Shown here piece after piece: positions 63,605 to 64,000 of a stretch of 64,000 nt of DNA. The stretch covers positions 8,550 through 72,549 of the forward strand of contig DASWWL010000110.1 in NCBI GenBank assembly GCA_036400975.1. Reading direction: 5' to 3'. Positions within the stretch are counted from its first letter, which is position 1. The number at the start of each line of letters is the position of its first letter. The position numbers were made by a program, and so were the translations under genes. The notes under the pieces are model-generated. The model searched no databases, was not told the DNA's origin, and saw only the letters and a list, made by a program, of their open reading frames with translations. This DNA comes from Novosphingobium sp. GTDB taxonomy: Bacteria > Pseudomonadota > Alphaproteobacteria > Sphingomonadales > Sphingomonadaceae.

Positions 63605-64000
63605 ATGCTTGCGACTACTATGAATACCCGGGCCGTTCGGAAACTCGGCACCGTCTCGATACTGGCTTTGCTTGCGGCAATGGCGTCATCACCAGCCTTT
63701 GGCGCGGAGAGCGCGGACGGCAAAGCTGCGGCAGCCGGTTCAGGCCGCGACGACATCGTGGTAACGGCCACGAACCCGGAATATCGCACCCCCGACACCA
63801 CGGCGTTGAAGATCGACGCGCCACTGCGCGACATCCCGCAGACGATCGACGTCATCCCCAGTCAGGTAATGCGCGATCAGCGTGCCTTGTCATTGCAGGA
63901 TGCGGTTAAGAACGTGGCCGGCATCGGCATGGCCACCGGAGACGGCCAGCGTGATCAGTTCGTGATCCGCGGCAATATCGCCTATGGTGACCTCTTTATC
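63605..64000 (+). CDS. TonB-dependent siderophore receptor (partial; continues beyond the right edge)
   Basis: Hand translation: signal peptide, DIVVTA, LKIDAPLRDIPQTIDVIP, LQDAVKNVAGI, FVIRG. Absent from the ORF track (no stop in the window). Confidence 0.9.
   Translation, partial: MLATTMNTRAVRKLGTVSILALLAAMASSPAFGAESADGKAAAAGSGRDDIVVTATNPEYRTPDTTALKIDAPLRDIPQTIDVIPSQVMRDQRALSLQDAVKNVAGIGMATGDGQRDQFVIRGNIAYGDLFI

Overview
High-GC alphaproteobacterial DNA; gene content and order suggest Sphingomonadales. 1-25 kb is mostly chromosomal backbone: a Phe/Tyr catabolic operon (phhA-hppD-VOC-maiA-FAH) with a divergent Lrp regulator, a coxMNOPQ-type heme-copper oxidase with cytochrome c, a three-gene unit (TIR-TM-14xWD40, peptidoglycan-binding protein, GT-C-like membrane protein), serine acetyltransferase, hisC-tyrA, metX-metW, two tandem VOC genes, an FzlA-like GST and an NDUFA9-like SDR. 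At tRNA-Leu(CAG) (24978-25064) an integrative conjugative element begins and runs past the right edge. It carries a P4-like integrase; a heat-shock module (2x Hsp20 with a ROSE thermometer, usg operon, CIRCE, groES-groEL); a frameshifted catalytic-domain-only tyrosine recombinase with degenerate 12-7-12 palindromes at cargo junctions; a Zur-box-associated ABC/2x TonB-receptor module; an AbiEi/AbiEii type IV TA pair; an excisionase-like gene; a traG-trbBCDEJLFGI cluster; and a Fur-box-associated hybrid siderophore cluster (PvsA-like ATP-grasp, SbnA, SbnB, one NIS synthetase, PLP decarboxylase, TonB receptor, nonsense-mutated PepSY gene). The best novelty candidates are the recombinase/junction-repeat system, the hybrid siderophore pathway and the TIR-TM-WD40 operon. 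All family calls come from motif recognition by eye; no searches were run. Starts were often moved from the ORF track to RBS- or overlap-supported codons.
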